Below are positions 16,495-25,007 of a stretch of DNA of 32,000 nt, piece after piece; position 1 is the stretch's first letter, and every line of letters starts with the position of its first letter. A program made the translations under genes and the position numbers. The notes under the pieces are model-generated. The model was not told where the DNA came from, ran no database searches, and saw only the letters and a list, made by a program, of their open reading frames with translations. Source of the DNA: Xanthomonas campestris pv. campestris str. ATCC 33913 (GTDB taxonomy: Bacteria > Pseudomonadota > Gammaproteobacteria > Xanthomonadales > Xanthomonadaceae); contig NC_003902.1 in the NCBI RefSeq assembly GCF_000007145.1, forward strand, positions 2,276,497-2,308,496, in the 5' to 3' direction.

Positions 16495-18588
16495 TCAACG
16501 TCCACCATCTTCAGGGACGGACTCGCCGACCGGGTGATAGGGCAGGCGCAACGTCACGCGCGTGCCTGCTCCGGGAGCCGATTCTATCGCGAGCGCACCG
16601 CCGACGGTTTGCGCACGCTCACGCATCACGATCAGCCCCAAACCACGCGGACCTTCCGGTTCGAACCCGTCGCCATCGTCGCTGACTTCCAGGCGAAAGC
16701 CGTTGCCGTCGATCGACTGCAGGCTCATCCGCACTTCGCCCGCACACGCGTGCCGCAACGCATTGGTCAGGCTTTCCTGCGCAATACGGAAGCAGGCCTG
16801 TTCGATCTCGTTGCCCGGCCGCTCGTCCAGGGCCTGGATATCCAGCTCCAGCCGCACCTGCGAGGCGCGGAACAGCATTGATGCCTGCCAACGCAATGCC
16901 GCTTCCAGCCCCAATGCATCGAGCTGCGGCGGCCGCAGCAGCATCGAGAGATTGCGTAGCTTGGTGACGGTGCTGTCTGCCAACGAGACGATCTCCTGCA
17001 GGTCCTCGCGGCGCGCCACCGGGTCGGCTTCATCGAGTGCTGCGTGCGCGGATAACTTCATCGCGGTGATCGCCTGGCCGATGTCGTCGTGCAGGTCGCG
17101 CGAGATGGCGCGGCGTTCGTCTTCCTGCAACGAGAACAGCCGCTTGGCCATTGCTTGCAGTTCGGCATTGCTTTCGGCCAATGCATCGCGCATGCGCTCG
17201 GGCTCGCTCAGGTCGCGCACCACCAGCAACTTGCAGTCACGCCCGCCATAACGGATGTCACCGGCCGACAGCCCCGCGTAAAAGGTGCTGCCGTCGCGCC
17301 GGCGCATCGCCCGTGCGCTGGACACCGGCTCATTGCGATCGCTGCCGGCACGCAGGTACTCGCGCACCACCGGCAGATCGGCATCGCCAACCAGGGTCTG
17401 CAGCGGTTCGCCCAGGATGGTTTCGCCCTGGAAGCCAAACTGCGCCGAACCGGCGGCGTTGGCGTACATCACGTGTTCGTCGGCCAGGATCAGCACGCCA
17501 TCCGGCAACACCCGCACCAGCTCGCGGAACTGCTCCTCGCGCTCGCGCAGCAGGCGGCGTGACTGCTCACGTTCGGTCACGTCCTGCAGCGTGCCGTGGA
17601 TGTGCCGTGCGCCGGTCGGGGTGGTCACGCTCTCCGCACGCAGGTGCACGGTGCGCGGTTGCGAGTCGCCGCCGACCAGCGGCAGCAGGACGTCGATCTG
17701 CACCTCACCGCCGGTGCACATGTCTTCGATCATGCGCACGATGCGTGCCTGGGTCGCGGTGTCGGAGGCGGTGAGCAGCTCTTCGAGCCGATGGTCGCGC
17801 CGATGCATCGGCACGCTGCGCCCCAGCAGGCGGTACACCGCGGGCGAATAACGGCCCACGCCGGTGGCGCGGTCCAGTTCCCACGAGCCCACCCGGGCGA
17901 TGGCCTGGGCTTCTTCCAGACGGTTGAGCGCCTCGTCGCGCAGCTGTTGCGCCTGACGCTCCTCGCTGCGGTCCACGGTGACCACCAGCCGCGCCGGGCC
18001 GCTGGCCAGGTGCAGCTGGTTGCTGCGGATCTCCACATGGCGCAGGCCGCTGCGGGTCAGCAGGTCTTCGGTGAGCGCACAGGTGTCATCGCCCTTGGTG
18101 CGGATCTGCGCAACGATCTCTTCCAGCCGGCCGGCATCGGCATCCGGCCAGATCGCGTGGATGGTCTGCTCCAGCAGGGCGTCGCGCTCCCAGCCGAAGA
18201 ATTCCAGCGCGGCCGGATTGGCATCGAGAATGCGTAAGGTGGCCAGGTCATAGATCCAGGCCGGGCTGGGCAGGGCGTGGAACTTGGCTTGTAAAAGTGC
18301 TAGGGATTGCGCCAGCTCGCCGTGTTCTTCCACGATCTGCTGGGCAAAGCGGCGCAGCACCAGATGAATCACCACGCTTGAGATCAGCAGGAAGCCGGCA
18401 TCGGACCAGCGCTCGGGCTGGGGCGCGCCGGCCAGGTCGAGCATGCGGTTGCCCAGCAGCAGCCAGACCACGCCCGCCAGCAGATACAGGCCGGTGAGCG
18501 TCCACAGGCCGCGCTGCAGGCGCTCGGCGAGGCGAAGTCGGGACACGGGAGCAGAAGAAAACACCGGCGCGGCAACGTGTTGGTGCAT
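16495..18588 (-). CDS. Membrane-anchored multi-PAS sensor histidine kinase (HisKA_3 / NarX-DesK type)
   Basis: 697 aa. It has two N-terminal hydrophobic segments (LWTLTGLYLLAGVVWLLLG and GFLLISSVVIHLVL) and about three PAS/PAC regions. The H-box is ISRDLHDDIGQAITAMKL, the N-box is ESLTNALRHA, G1 is VSDDGDGF and G2 is GLGLIVMRERA. It resembles RavS of X. campestris; this is from memory and unverified. Confidence 0.92.
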   Translation of the reverse strand: MHQHVAAPVFSSAPVSRLRLAERLQRGLWTLTGLYLLAGVVWLLLGNRMLDLAGAPQPERWSDAGFLLISSVVIHLVLRRFAQQIVEEHGELAQSLALLQAKFHALPSPAWIYDLATLRILDANPAALEFFGWERDALLEQTIHAIWPDADAGRLEEIVAQIRTKGDDTCALTEDLLTRSGLRHVEIRSNQLHLASGPARLVVTVDRSEERQAQQLRDEALNRLEEAQAIARVGSWELDRATGVGRYSPAVYRLLGRSVPMHRRDHRLEELLTASDTATQARIVRMIEDMCTGGEVQIDVLLPLVGGDSQPRTVHLRAESVTTPTGARHIHGTLQDVTEREQSRRLLREREEQFRELVRVLPDGVLILADEHVMYANAAGSAQFGFQGETILGEPLQTLVGDADLPVVREYLRAGSDRNEPVSSARAMRRRDGSTFYAGLSAGDIRYGGRDCKLLVVRDLSEPERMRDALAESNAELQAMAKRLFSLQEDERRAISRDLHDDIGQAITAMKLSAHAALDEADPVARREDLQEIVSLADSTVTKLRNLSMLLRPPQLDALGLEAALRWQASMLFRASQVRLELDIQALDERPGNEIEQACFRIAQESLTNALRHACAGEVRMSLQSIDGNGFRLEVSDDGDGFEPEGPRGLGLIVMRERAQTVGGALAIESAPGAGTRVTLRLPYHPVGESVPEDGGR

Positions 18589-18673
18589 GGTCCGCGGACG
18601 ACCTCATGGAGCGGGCAATGCGGCCATCTTAGCCGTAACTCGGCCCGGCACGGCCGGCCAGCGAAAGGCTGCC

Positions 18674-18700
18674 TCAACTAATCCGCCAGACGGCCGCTAT
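18674..18700 (+). promoter_or_regulatory. Candidate sigma28-type promoter upstream of the PAS-GGDEF-EAL gene
   Basis: The sequence is TCAAC-taatccgccagacg-GCCGCTAT, that is TCAA-N15-GCCGCTAT. This matches 6 of 8 positions of GCCGATAA at the correct spacing. It ends 46-70 nt upstream of the candidate starts. Confidence 0.35.
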
Positions 18701-18769
18701 CCATTGCGACTCCGAGGCAGGGGTCGACCTTCGGAGTGCTCCAGAGTGGACTCAGGCGTCATCGCAAGC

Positions 18770-21532
18770 ATGCTTCAGCACCCGCTGACCTCAGCGGTGG
18801 TGTTGTTGGATGCGCATGGCCAGCCCCTGGCGGCCAACCGCGTCGCGCAATCCCTCGGATTGCCGGCAACCCTTGGCGCATACGCCGAAGTGCTGGAAAG
18901 CAGCCGTGCCCAGATCGCCGAAAGCGGCGGCATGGCGGCGTGCGTGCTGCCGGGCAGCGGTGGTGGGCGCCTGGAAGGGTGGCTGCGCGCGGTCTGCGAC
19001 GAGCAGGGCCAGGTCATGGCCTTCACCCTGAGTATTCCCGAGCCGCTGGGCGCCGATGGCACCAGCCGCTGGGAAATCGGCCTGGACAGCGCCGACCACG
19101 GGCTCTGGGACTGGGACATCGCCGCCGACGTGGTGTACCGCTCCGAACGCTGGACCCGCATGCTGGGTTACTCCGAACAGCCGCTGCCGAACAATCTCAC
19201 CGCCCTGTCCGGGCTGATCCATCCTGACGACCATGCGCAGGTCAGCGCGGCCGTGCAGGCGCATCTGGACGGGCGCACCGATACCTATGTAGCCGAGTTC
19301 CGGCTGCGTCAGCACGATGGCCAGTGGCGCTGGATCCTGGACCGCGGCCGCGTGGTATCGCGCACCTCCGACGGTCGCCCGTTGCGCATGGTCGGCACGC
19401 ATACCGACGTGCATCATCATAAATTGCTCGAGCAGCAGCTGCGCGAGCAGCAGGCCCAGCTCGAAGAAGCCCAGCGTATTGCCAGCATGGGCAGCTGGGG
19501 CTGGGACACCTTGAAGGACCAATTGTGGGTGTCGCAGGATTTCCTGCAGCAGCTTGGCCTGGCGGACCTGCGCCTGCACAGCGTGCGCGACATCCTGCGT
19601 CTGCTGGCCGGCCCGTCCGTGGCACACCTGCGCAGCGCCTGGCGCAAGATCAAGCACGAAGGGATGCCGGTGCATTTCGAGCTGGAGATCAACGGCCGGC
19701 TCGGGGTCAATCCACATCATCTACGCGTCTGGGCACAGCCGGTGTTCGACGGCGACGGCGCACTGGTGCGCGTGCTCGGCCAGCTGCAAAACGTAACCGA
19801 GCAGCGGCAGACCGATGCCCTGATCCGTTGGCGTACCGAGTTGCTCAACCGCGTGTCTGCGCTGGGCAAGATTGGCGGCTGCGAGATCGAGGTGGATACC
19901 CGGCGCATGCAGTGGACCGAGGAGTGCTACCGCATCCATGGCTTGCGCAAGGAAAACATCACTCTGGAGCAGGCGCTGTCGCTGTACACCCAGGATTCGC
20001 GCGACGCCTTCGAAGCGGCTTTGCTGCGCATCGTCGATGGTGGGCTGCCGGAACAGCTGGAGCTGTGCTTCTACCGCAACTCCGGGCAACGAGTGTGGGT
20101 GCAGGTGCTGATCGAGCTGGACCGTCGCGAAGGCCTGCCGCCGCGGTATGTGGCGCTGTTCCGCGATGTCAGCCGCGAACGCGAAGCCAATGAGCGGATC
20201 GAATTGCTTGCGCATTACGACCGCCTGACCGGCTTGCCGAACCGCTTCCTGCTGCGCGAACAGGCCGAGAACGCCATCCGCGAAGCACACGAGCGTGGCC
20301 AGGTGATGGCCATGCTGCTGATCGACCTGGATGGCTTCAAGAGCATCAACGATTCGTTCGGCCATGCCACCGGCGACAATCTGCTCAAGCTCGCGTCCTC
20401 GCGCCTGCATCAGCACCTGCGCAACAGCGATCTGTTTGGCCGCTTCAGCGACGACGAGTTCATCGTGCTGCTGCGCGATCTTTCCGAGCCAGAAGACGCC
20501 GGCCATGTGGCACGTAAGCTGATCAGCGCGCTGGGCGAGCCGCTGCGCAAGGACCACGTCACCCTAAAGCTCGGTGCCAGCATCGGCATCGCGTTGCAGG
20601 GTGAAGGCCTGTCGGATTTCGACAGCCTGCTGCGCGCCGCCGATGCGGCGATGTATGCGGCCAAGGATTCCGGGCGCAACACCTTCCATTACTACAGCCA
20701 GGATGTGCTGCTGCGCGCGCAGCGCCGCCTGGAGCTCGAGCACGCGCTGCATGGTGCGCTGGAGCGCGAAGAATTCACCTTGGTCTACCAGCCGCTGGTC
20801 AACACGGTGGGCGATACCTCGCCTGCGATCGAAGCGCTGATGCGCTGGAATCGCCCCGGCCATGGCCCCTGCAGCCCGGCAGAATTCATCCCGATTGCCG
20901 AAGAGTGCGGCGAGATCGTGCGCCTGGGCGAGTGGGTGATTGGCGAAGCCTGCCGCCAGGCCGTGGTGTGGGACCGCGCCGGCCTCCATTTCAGCCGCAT
21001 CGCGGTGAATGTGTCTGCCGTGCAACTGCGCGAGCGCGGTTTTGCCGAGCGCGTGCTGGAGATCTGCCGCGACAACGGCTGGTCGCCGGCACGGCTGGAG
21101 CTGGAATTGACCGAATCAGCCTTGATCCGCGATTCGGACTCATTGCGCCGTTGCTTCGAGTTGTTCGAACAGAACGGCGTGTTGCTCGCCGTTGACGACT
21201 TCGGTACCGGCTTCTCCAACCTGCATTACCTCAACCGCTTCCCCGTGCAGCGGCTGAAGATCGACCGCAGCTTCGTGCAGGGCATGCTCGACGATGCCAA
21301 CACGGCCGAAGTCACCCAGGCGATCGTGCATCTGGGCCATGCGCTCGGCATGCAGGTGGTCGCCGAGGGCGTGGAAACCGTGCAGGAAGATGCCTTGCTG
21401 CGTCAGCAGGGGTGCGACGAAATCCAGGGTTACTTCTATTCGCGCCCGCTCTCGCCGCGCGACATGGCGCAGTGGCTGCGCGAAGCCGAAGCCGGCATGC
21501 GCCTGGGCGCACGCCTGGTCATCGCCAGCTGA
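18770..21532 (+). CDS. Multi-PAS / degenerate-GGDEF / EAL c-di-GMP phosphodiesterase-type protein
   Basis: I trimmed the track ORF (1029 aa) to the ATG at 18770 (MLQHPLTSAVVLLDAHG), giving 920 aa. An alternative GTG at 18746 is preceded by GGAG.
- **PAS/PAC:** three or more regions (for example LWDWDIAADVVYRSERWTRMLGY...RWILDRGRVV).
- **GGDEF domain:** reads RNSDLFGRFSDDEF, so the RxxD site is kept and the active site is SDDEF.
- **EAL domain:** canonical (IEALMRW, ELTES, DDFGTGFSN, LKIDRSF, AEGVET, IQGYFYSRP). Confidence 0.9.
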   Translation: MLQHPLTSAVVLLDAHGQPLAANRVAQSLGLPATLGAYAEVLESSRAQIAESGGMAACVLPGSGGGRLEGWLRAVCDEQGQVMAFTLSIPEPLGADGTSRWEIGLDSADHGLWDWDIAADVVYRSERWTRMLGYSEQPLPNNLTALSGLIHPDDHAQVSAAVQAHLDGRTDTYVAEFRLRQHDGQWRWILDRGRVVSRTSDGRPLRMVGTHTDVHHHKLLEQQLREQQAQLEEAQRIASMGSWGWDTLKDQLWVSQDFLQQLGLADLRLHSVRDILRLLAGPSVAHLRSAWRKIKHEGMPVHFELEINGRLGVNPHHLRVWAQPVFDGDGALVRVLGQLQNVTEQRQTDALIRWRTELLNRVSALGKIGGCEIEVDTRRMQWTEECYRIHGLRKENITLEQALSLYTQDSRDAFEAALLRIVDGGLPEQLELCFYRNSGQRVWVQVLIELDRREGLPPRYVALFRDVSREREANERIELLAHYDRLTGLPNRFLLREQAENAIREAHERGQVMAMLLIDLDGFKSINDSFGHATGDNLLKLASSRLHQHLRNSDLFGRFSDDEFIVLLRDLSEPEDAGHVARKLISALGEPLRKDHVTLKLGASIGIALQGEGLSDFDSLLRAADAAMYAAKDSGRNTFHYYSQDVLLRAQRRLELEHALHGALEREEFTLVYQPLVNTVGDTSPAIEALMRWNRPGHGPCSPAEFIPIAEECGEIVRLGEWVIGEACRQAVVWDRAGLHFSRIAVNVSAVQLRERGFAERVLEICRDNGWSPARLELELTESALIRDSDSLRRCFELFEQNGVLLAVDDFGTGFSNLHYLNRFPVQRLKIDRSFVQGMLDDANTAEVTQAIVHLGHALGMQVVAEGVETVQEDALLRQQGCDEIQGYFYSRPLSPRDMAQWLREAEAGMRLGARLVIAS

Positions 21533-21773
21533 ACGCACTCTGCGGCATGGCCTGGTCTAGGCGTCGTGTGTCATTCAATGCCCAGATCAAAAGCTCATTG
21601 CGTTGAATACACGTGCCTTTACGACTCCCGGCGGTTCCCGCAGTATGCGGTCGCTTGCCCTGCAGCCAGGCTGCGGATCAAACGCTGTAACTGAGCTATC
21701 TGCTCGCCGCACTCACCAAATGCACACGCCGCCAGTTGAGCAGTAGCGCTCTTTAGGTGCAGTGGTGCCCACG

Positions 21774-21900
21774 TCAAAAGCTCAGTGAGTGGAGCGCGCG
21801 GTGCCCTCACCACTTGCGGGACACGCCGTGAATCCGTCCATGGAGGCTCAGTGGCGGCATCCATGCCGCCACATGGCCCCGCAAGCGGCGAGGACACCGC
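21774..21900 (+). repeat. 33-bp unit plus nested-palindrome repeat element, copy F1
   Basis: 21774-21806 tcaaaagctcagtgagtggagcgcgcggtgccc is the 33-bp unit. 21798-21900 gcggtgccctcaccacttGCGGGACacgCCGTGaatccgtccatggaggctcagtGGCGGCATccATGCCGCCacatggCCCCGCaagcggcgaggacaccgc is the palindrome. Its outer arms pair at 19 of 22 positions. It is collinear with 6217-6346. Confidence 0.75.
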
Positions 21901-22177
21901 ACCAGAAAGTTGGTTGGTGGCCCTTGAAAAAGCTGTTTGTTCTTCGAGATAACGTCGGACCTTGAGCTAGCGCCTAAGAGCAGCTATCAAAACTACTGCG
22001 CTGCCGCCAGGCGGGCGCGGCCGGTGCTCGGAATCGGCATGTACCCACGTACACTCCGGTTCCTCCGCGCCGCCCGCACCCACCTGACGGCTGCTCGCTA
22101 CGTTTTGTTAGCCGCTCTAAGTACCGGAATAGCGCGTCACGCAGTGCTCTTGACCTTGCAAACCGACAATCTTGAAT

Positions 22178-22286
22178 GGTCCTTGCCGGCCGCACTGTTG
22201 CGGGACCTTATGCAGCATGGATGCCGCATAAGAGCCTCCATGGATGGATTCACGGCGTGTCCCGCAATGGTGGGCCGGCAAGGGCC
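22178..22286 (-). repeat. Nested-palindrome repeat element, copy F2 (inverted relative to A and F1)
   Basis: The sequence is ggtccttgccggccgcactgTTGCGGGACcttatgcagcatggatgccgcataagagcctccatggatggattcacggcgtGTCCCGCAAtggtgggccggcaagggcc. The core is the reverse complement of 6259-6327. The outer arms ggtccttgccggcc and ggccggcaagggcc pair. Confidence 0.75.
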
Positions 22287-22377
22287 CCGCAGCAAACTCG
22301 ATCGTTCCCTGCTCGCTAGCAGTCGCGCGATCTGAAGGCGCGCGATCGCTGCAGAGCAACCCAGCAGCACGAAGAAC

Positions 22378-22466
22378 AATGCCGCATTGATCCTCCATCC
22401 GAGGATTCACGGCATACCTAGCGATGCTGGGCGAGCAACCATTTAGCAGCCAAGCCGCAGATCAGC
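22378..22466 (-). repeat. Degenerate third copy (F3) of the palindrome core plus tail
   Basis: aatgccgcattgatcctccatccgaggattcacggcataccta aligns with 22220-22262. The following gcgatgctgggcgagcaacc...agccaagccgcagatcagc aligns with 6325-6369. Confidence 0.5.
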
Positions 22467-22671
22467 TGATCGGAGCATTAGTCGAAGCTGTAGACGTCAT
22501 AAGAAGACATCGTGCAGACGGGCAGGGGAGAACTCACCCTGATGCTGCATGAAATGGCGCTGCTTGCTCACACCAAAGCCATTAGCACGGTCTGATGCAG
22601 AAGCACTCAATGTCGGGCATTGAAAACAACCGGCGGGGCGCCTGCCGAGGAACCACGCCGTCGTGTAACCG

Positions 22672-22962
22672 TCAGCGTGCAGAAACGCCGACAGCGGCGC
22701 CATCCAGCCCCATATCCCAAGCCACGGTCGCCAACAGCAGTTCTTCTTCGCTGCAGCTGCGGCGTGGGTGCTGCATTGCCCGTACTTCCGCACGGGCAGC
22801 ACGTTCCAACTGTTCCAGCGCGGCCGGCAGGCGCACGCTACGCAGCGCGGGGCGGGCAGCTTCGCTGTGGGCGATGCGCTCGGCCTGCGCCGCTGCGGTG
22901 GCAGCGGCCGCCGCAAGAGCGACATCGGTGCGCGGTTCTGGGAGCGAGACGGAAAGGGTCAT
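22672..22962 (-). CDS. Doubtful small hypothetical protein (96 aa)
   Basis: An ATG at 22962 opens MTLSVSLPEPRTDVALAAAAATAAAQAERIAHSEAARPALRSVRLPAALEQLERAARAEVRAMQHPRRSCSEEELLLATVAWDMGLDGAAVGVSAR. By my hand count, 66 of 96 codons end in G or C, which seems only modestly enriched for a sequence this GC-rich. There is no clear Shine-Dalgarno. A terminator-like hairpin separates it from the MCP gene. I recognise no family. Confidence 0.25.
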   Translation of the reverse strand: MTLSVSLPEPRTDVALAAAAATAAAQAERIAHSEAARPALRSVRLPAALEQLERAARAEVRAMQHPRRSCSEEELLLATVAWDMGLDGAAVGVSAR

Positions 22963-22989
22963 GGTCGTGGCGTATCGAAGGGTCGTGCG

Positions 22990-23018
22990 GAACGACAAAT
23001 CCCCGGGAAGACCGGGGA
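22990..23018 (-). terminator. Candidate intrinsic terminator downstream of the MCP gene
   Basis: The reverse strand reads TCCCCGG-tcttc-CCGGGGA followed by TTTGTCGTT. The stem is 7 bp and GC-rich, and the T-tract is interrupted. It lies 33 nt after the MCP stop. Confidence 0.45.
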
Positions 23019-23050
23019 ATGTCGGGATCAGGCAGTACGTGGCATCGGTC

Positions 23051-24241
23051 TCAGAACAACTCGACCGTGCCAGCGCCCATGCCCTGCTGTGCGACCGGCT
23101 TGTGCGGCGGGCGTTCCCACTCCACACGCATGTCGCGCAGACGGCTGGACACCTTGGCCAGCGACGCAACCAGGTCGCTGTCGTACACGCCGCCATTGCG
23201 ATGCAGCAGTTCCTGCAGCGCCGTGGCTTCGCGGTTGATCGCGGTGAGGCGATCCAGGTGGGTGTGGATACCGCTCAGCGTCTGCGTGGCGATGTCCTCG
23301 AACTGCAGGGCACGCACCGCTTCGGCCACGCTGCCATCGATGGAGCGTGCGCACTCGGAGATCTCGCGCATGCCATCGCCCAACGAGGCGTTGATCTGCG
23401 CAACGTTCTCCAGCATCGCGGCCGATTCATGGCGCGCCTCGCGGGAGCGGTCCATGTGACGAGAGGCCAGCTGCGAGACCGTTTCACGTACCTTGGCGAT
23501 CGATTCCTTGGAGCTGTGTGCCAGCTTGCGGATCTGTTCGTTGAAGGTAGTGGAGCGCTCGGACAGGTTGCGCACCTCGTCGGCGACCACCGCGAAGCCA
23601 CGACCGGCTTCACCGGCACGCGCTGCTTCGATGGCGGCGTTCAAGGCCAGCAGGTTGGTCTGGTCGGCGATCGACTTGACGTCTTCCAGCAGCGCAAAGA
23701 TGCCATCCAGGTGCTGGGCCATCTCGTCGATGTGGTGCACCGTGTTGGTGCTCTGGCCGCTGACCTGTTCCAGCGCTTCCACCAACTGCTCCATGCGGGA
23801 GCTGGCGTGCTGGGCGAAGCGGGCCACGTCGACGCCGGCACTGCCGTCGTCACCGGCACGGTCGACGATGCGGGCCAATGCCTGGCTCTGCTGGCGCGAC
23901 TTGCGGTTCATCGATTCGAAGCTGCCACCCAGACCGGACACGGCCTGGCGGATCAGTTCACGGGCGCGTTCCACTTCGGAGCGCGAACCGTCGACTTCGT
24001 TGCTGACGAACGTACGCAGTTCGTTGAGCAACTGGTCCTGCTCGCGCAGGATGCGGATCTGGTCCGGATTACGCCGGAACTGGGAATACGTCACCCAGGC
24101 AGCGAAACCCAACCAACTGAGGGTCATGGTCACCAGGATCGCCCAGCGCACCGAAGCGGGCCAGTCGAATCCAACGGCGAAGGGAAACAGCAAGGTCAGG
24201 GCCAAAGGGGCGGCCAGACGGATAAGTGGACGTGAATACAT
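23051..24241 (-). CDS. Methyl-accepting chemotaxis protein with a hairpin membrane anchor and no periplasmic ligand-binding domain
   Basis: I trimmed the track ORF to the ATG at 24241 ([52 protein letters not shown]), giving 396 aa. The 24325 start lies upstream of the predicted sigma28 promoter. The conserved signalling hairpin is [40 protein letters not shown]. Confidence 0.9.
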   Translation of the reverse strand: MYSRPLIRLAAPLALTLLFPFAVGFDWPASVRWAILVTMTLSWLGFAAWVTYSQFRRNPDQIRILREQDQLLNELRTFVSNEVDGSRSEVERARELIRQAVSGLGGSFESMNRKSRQQSQALARIVDRAGDDGSAGVDVARFAQHASSRMEQLVEALEQVSGQSTNTVHHIDEMAQHLDGIFALLEDVKSIADQTNLLALNAAIEAARAGEAGRGFAVVADEVRNLSERSTTFNEQIRKLAHSSKESIAKVRETVSQLASRHMDRSREARHESAAMLENVAQINASLGDGMREISECARSIDGSVAEAVRALQFEDIATQTLSGIHTHLDRLTAINREATALQELLHRNGGVYDSDLVASLAKVSSRLRDMRVEWERPPHKPVAQQGMGAGTVELF

Positions 24242-24269
24242 GGGCGTTCTCGGCAGAGTCACGGTTGCT

Positions 24270-24296
24270 GTATCGGCCGTACCCCCTTTGTCTTTA
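24270..24296 (-). promoter_or_regulatory. Sigma28 (FliA) promoter of the MCP gene
   Basis: The reverse strand reads TAAAG-acaaagggggtacg-GCCGATAC, that is TAAA-N15-GCCGATAC against the consensus TAAA-N15-GCCGATAA. The -10 element ends 28 nt upstream of the ATG at 24241. Confidence 0.7.
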
Positions 24297-24392
24297 GCGA
24301 CGATCACCACGTCGCTGCACGCCATTCAACTGCATCACACCTGTGTGCCCACTGCCTGCGCGTGTCTCACGCCACGCAGGCGACCTGCGCAA

Positions 24393-25007
24393 TCAACGCA
24401 GCGCGCGCGCCACCGCCTCGATCATGGCACGCTTGGCGAACAGGAAATCCCACAGGCTGCCGCCCATCTGCCGCCACAGCACCGCCGAGCGCACCGCGGC
24501 CAGCAGCAGCGCGCGGATCTCGGCGACCACGCCGGCCTGGCCCAGGTAGTGCGGGTTGCCCTGCACCATGACCTTGGGGCGCAAGTGGCTGATGGTCTGC
24601 GCATACAGGGCGCCAAGCGCGCTCAGCACATCCGGGTGCGCGCTGTCGCCCAAGGTCTGGGCCTGGCGGGCGGCCGCCTCGATGCCCTTGGAGACGGTCT
24701 CGACCGTGGAATGGTCGCGCACGAAGCGCCGCTCCAGTTGCAGCACCGCCAGGGCCAGCCGCGGCAGCATGTCGTCCTTGCCCTGGTTGGTGAAATAGTT
24801 GTGCAGCAGGCGCAGGCCTGGCGCCACATCGGCCGAGGAGCCATACACGCCCTCGGGCGTTGCGGCGTCCACCCGGAATACGCTGTCCACGGCAGTGCGA
24901 ACCGTTGCCGCTTCCGAATGCCCGGTCTCGGCGATCCGCCGCACCTGCTGCAAGGCCTGAGCGACGCCGGCCAGCGCCAGCACACGGTGATCCATGGAAG
25001 AACTCAT
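24393..25007 (-). CDS. hflD: HflD (high-frequency-of-lysogenization protein D homologue)
   Basis: 204 aa from the ATG at 25007, which overlaps the mnmA stop (TGATG). The sequence is [23 protein letters not shown]...LLHNYF...[10 protein letters not shown]...GNPHYL. It lies immediately downstream of mnmA, as in enterobacteria. Confidence 0.85.
   Translation of the reverse strand: MSSSMDHRVLALAGVAQALQQVRRIAETGHSEAATVRTAVDSVFRVDAATPEGVYGSSADVAPGLRLLHNYFTNQGKDDMLPRLALAVLQLERRFVRDHSTVETVSKGIEAAARQAQTLGDSAHPDVLSALGALYAQTISHLRPKVMVQGNPHYLGQAGVVAEIRALLLAAVRSAVLWRQMGGSLWDFLFAKRAMIEAVARALR

Noticed and set aside
22497-22925. 142-aa minus-strand ORF overlapping the 96-aa candidate
   Set aside because: Its first two-thirds is the out-of-frame reading of the 96-aa ORF region (Arg/Pro/Cys-rich). 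Its last third has third codon positions that are mostly A or T, unlike genuine genes in this window.
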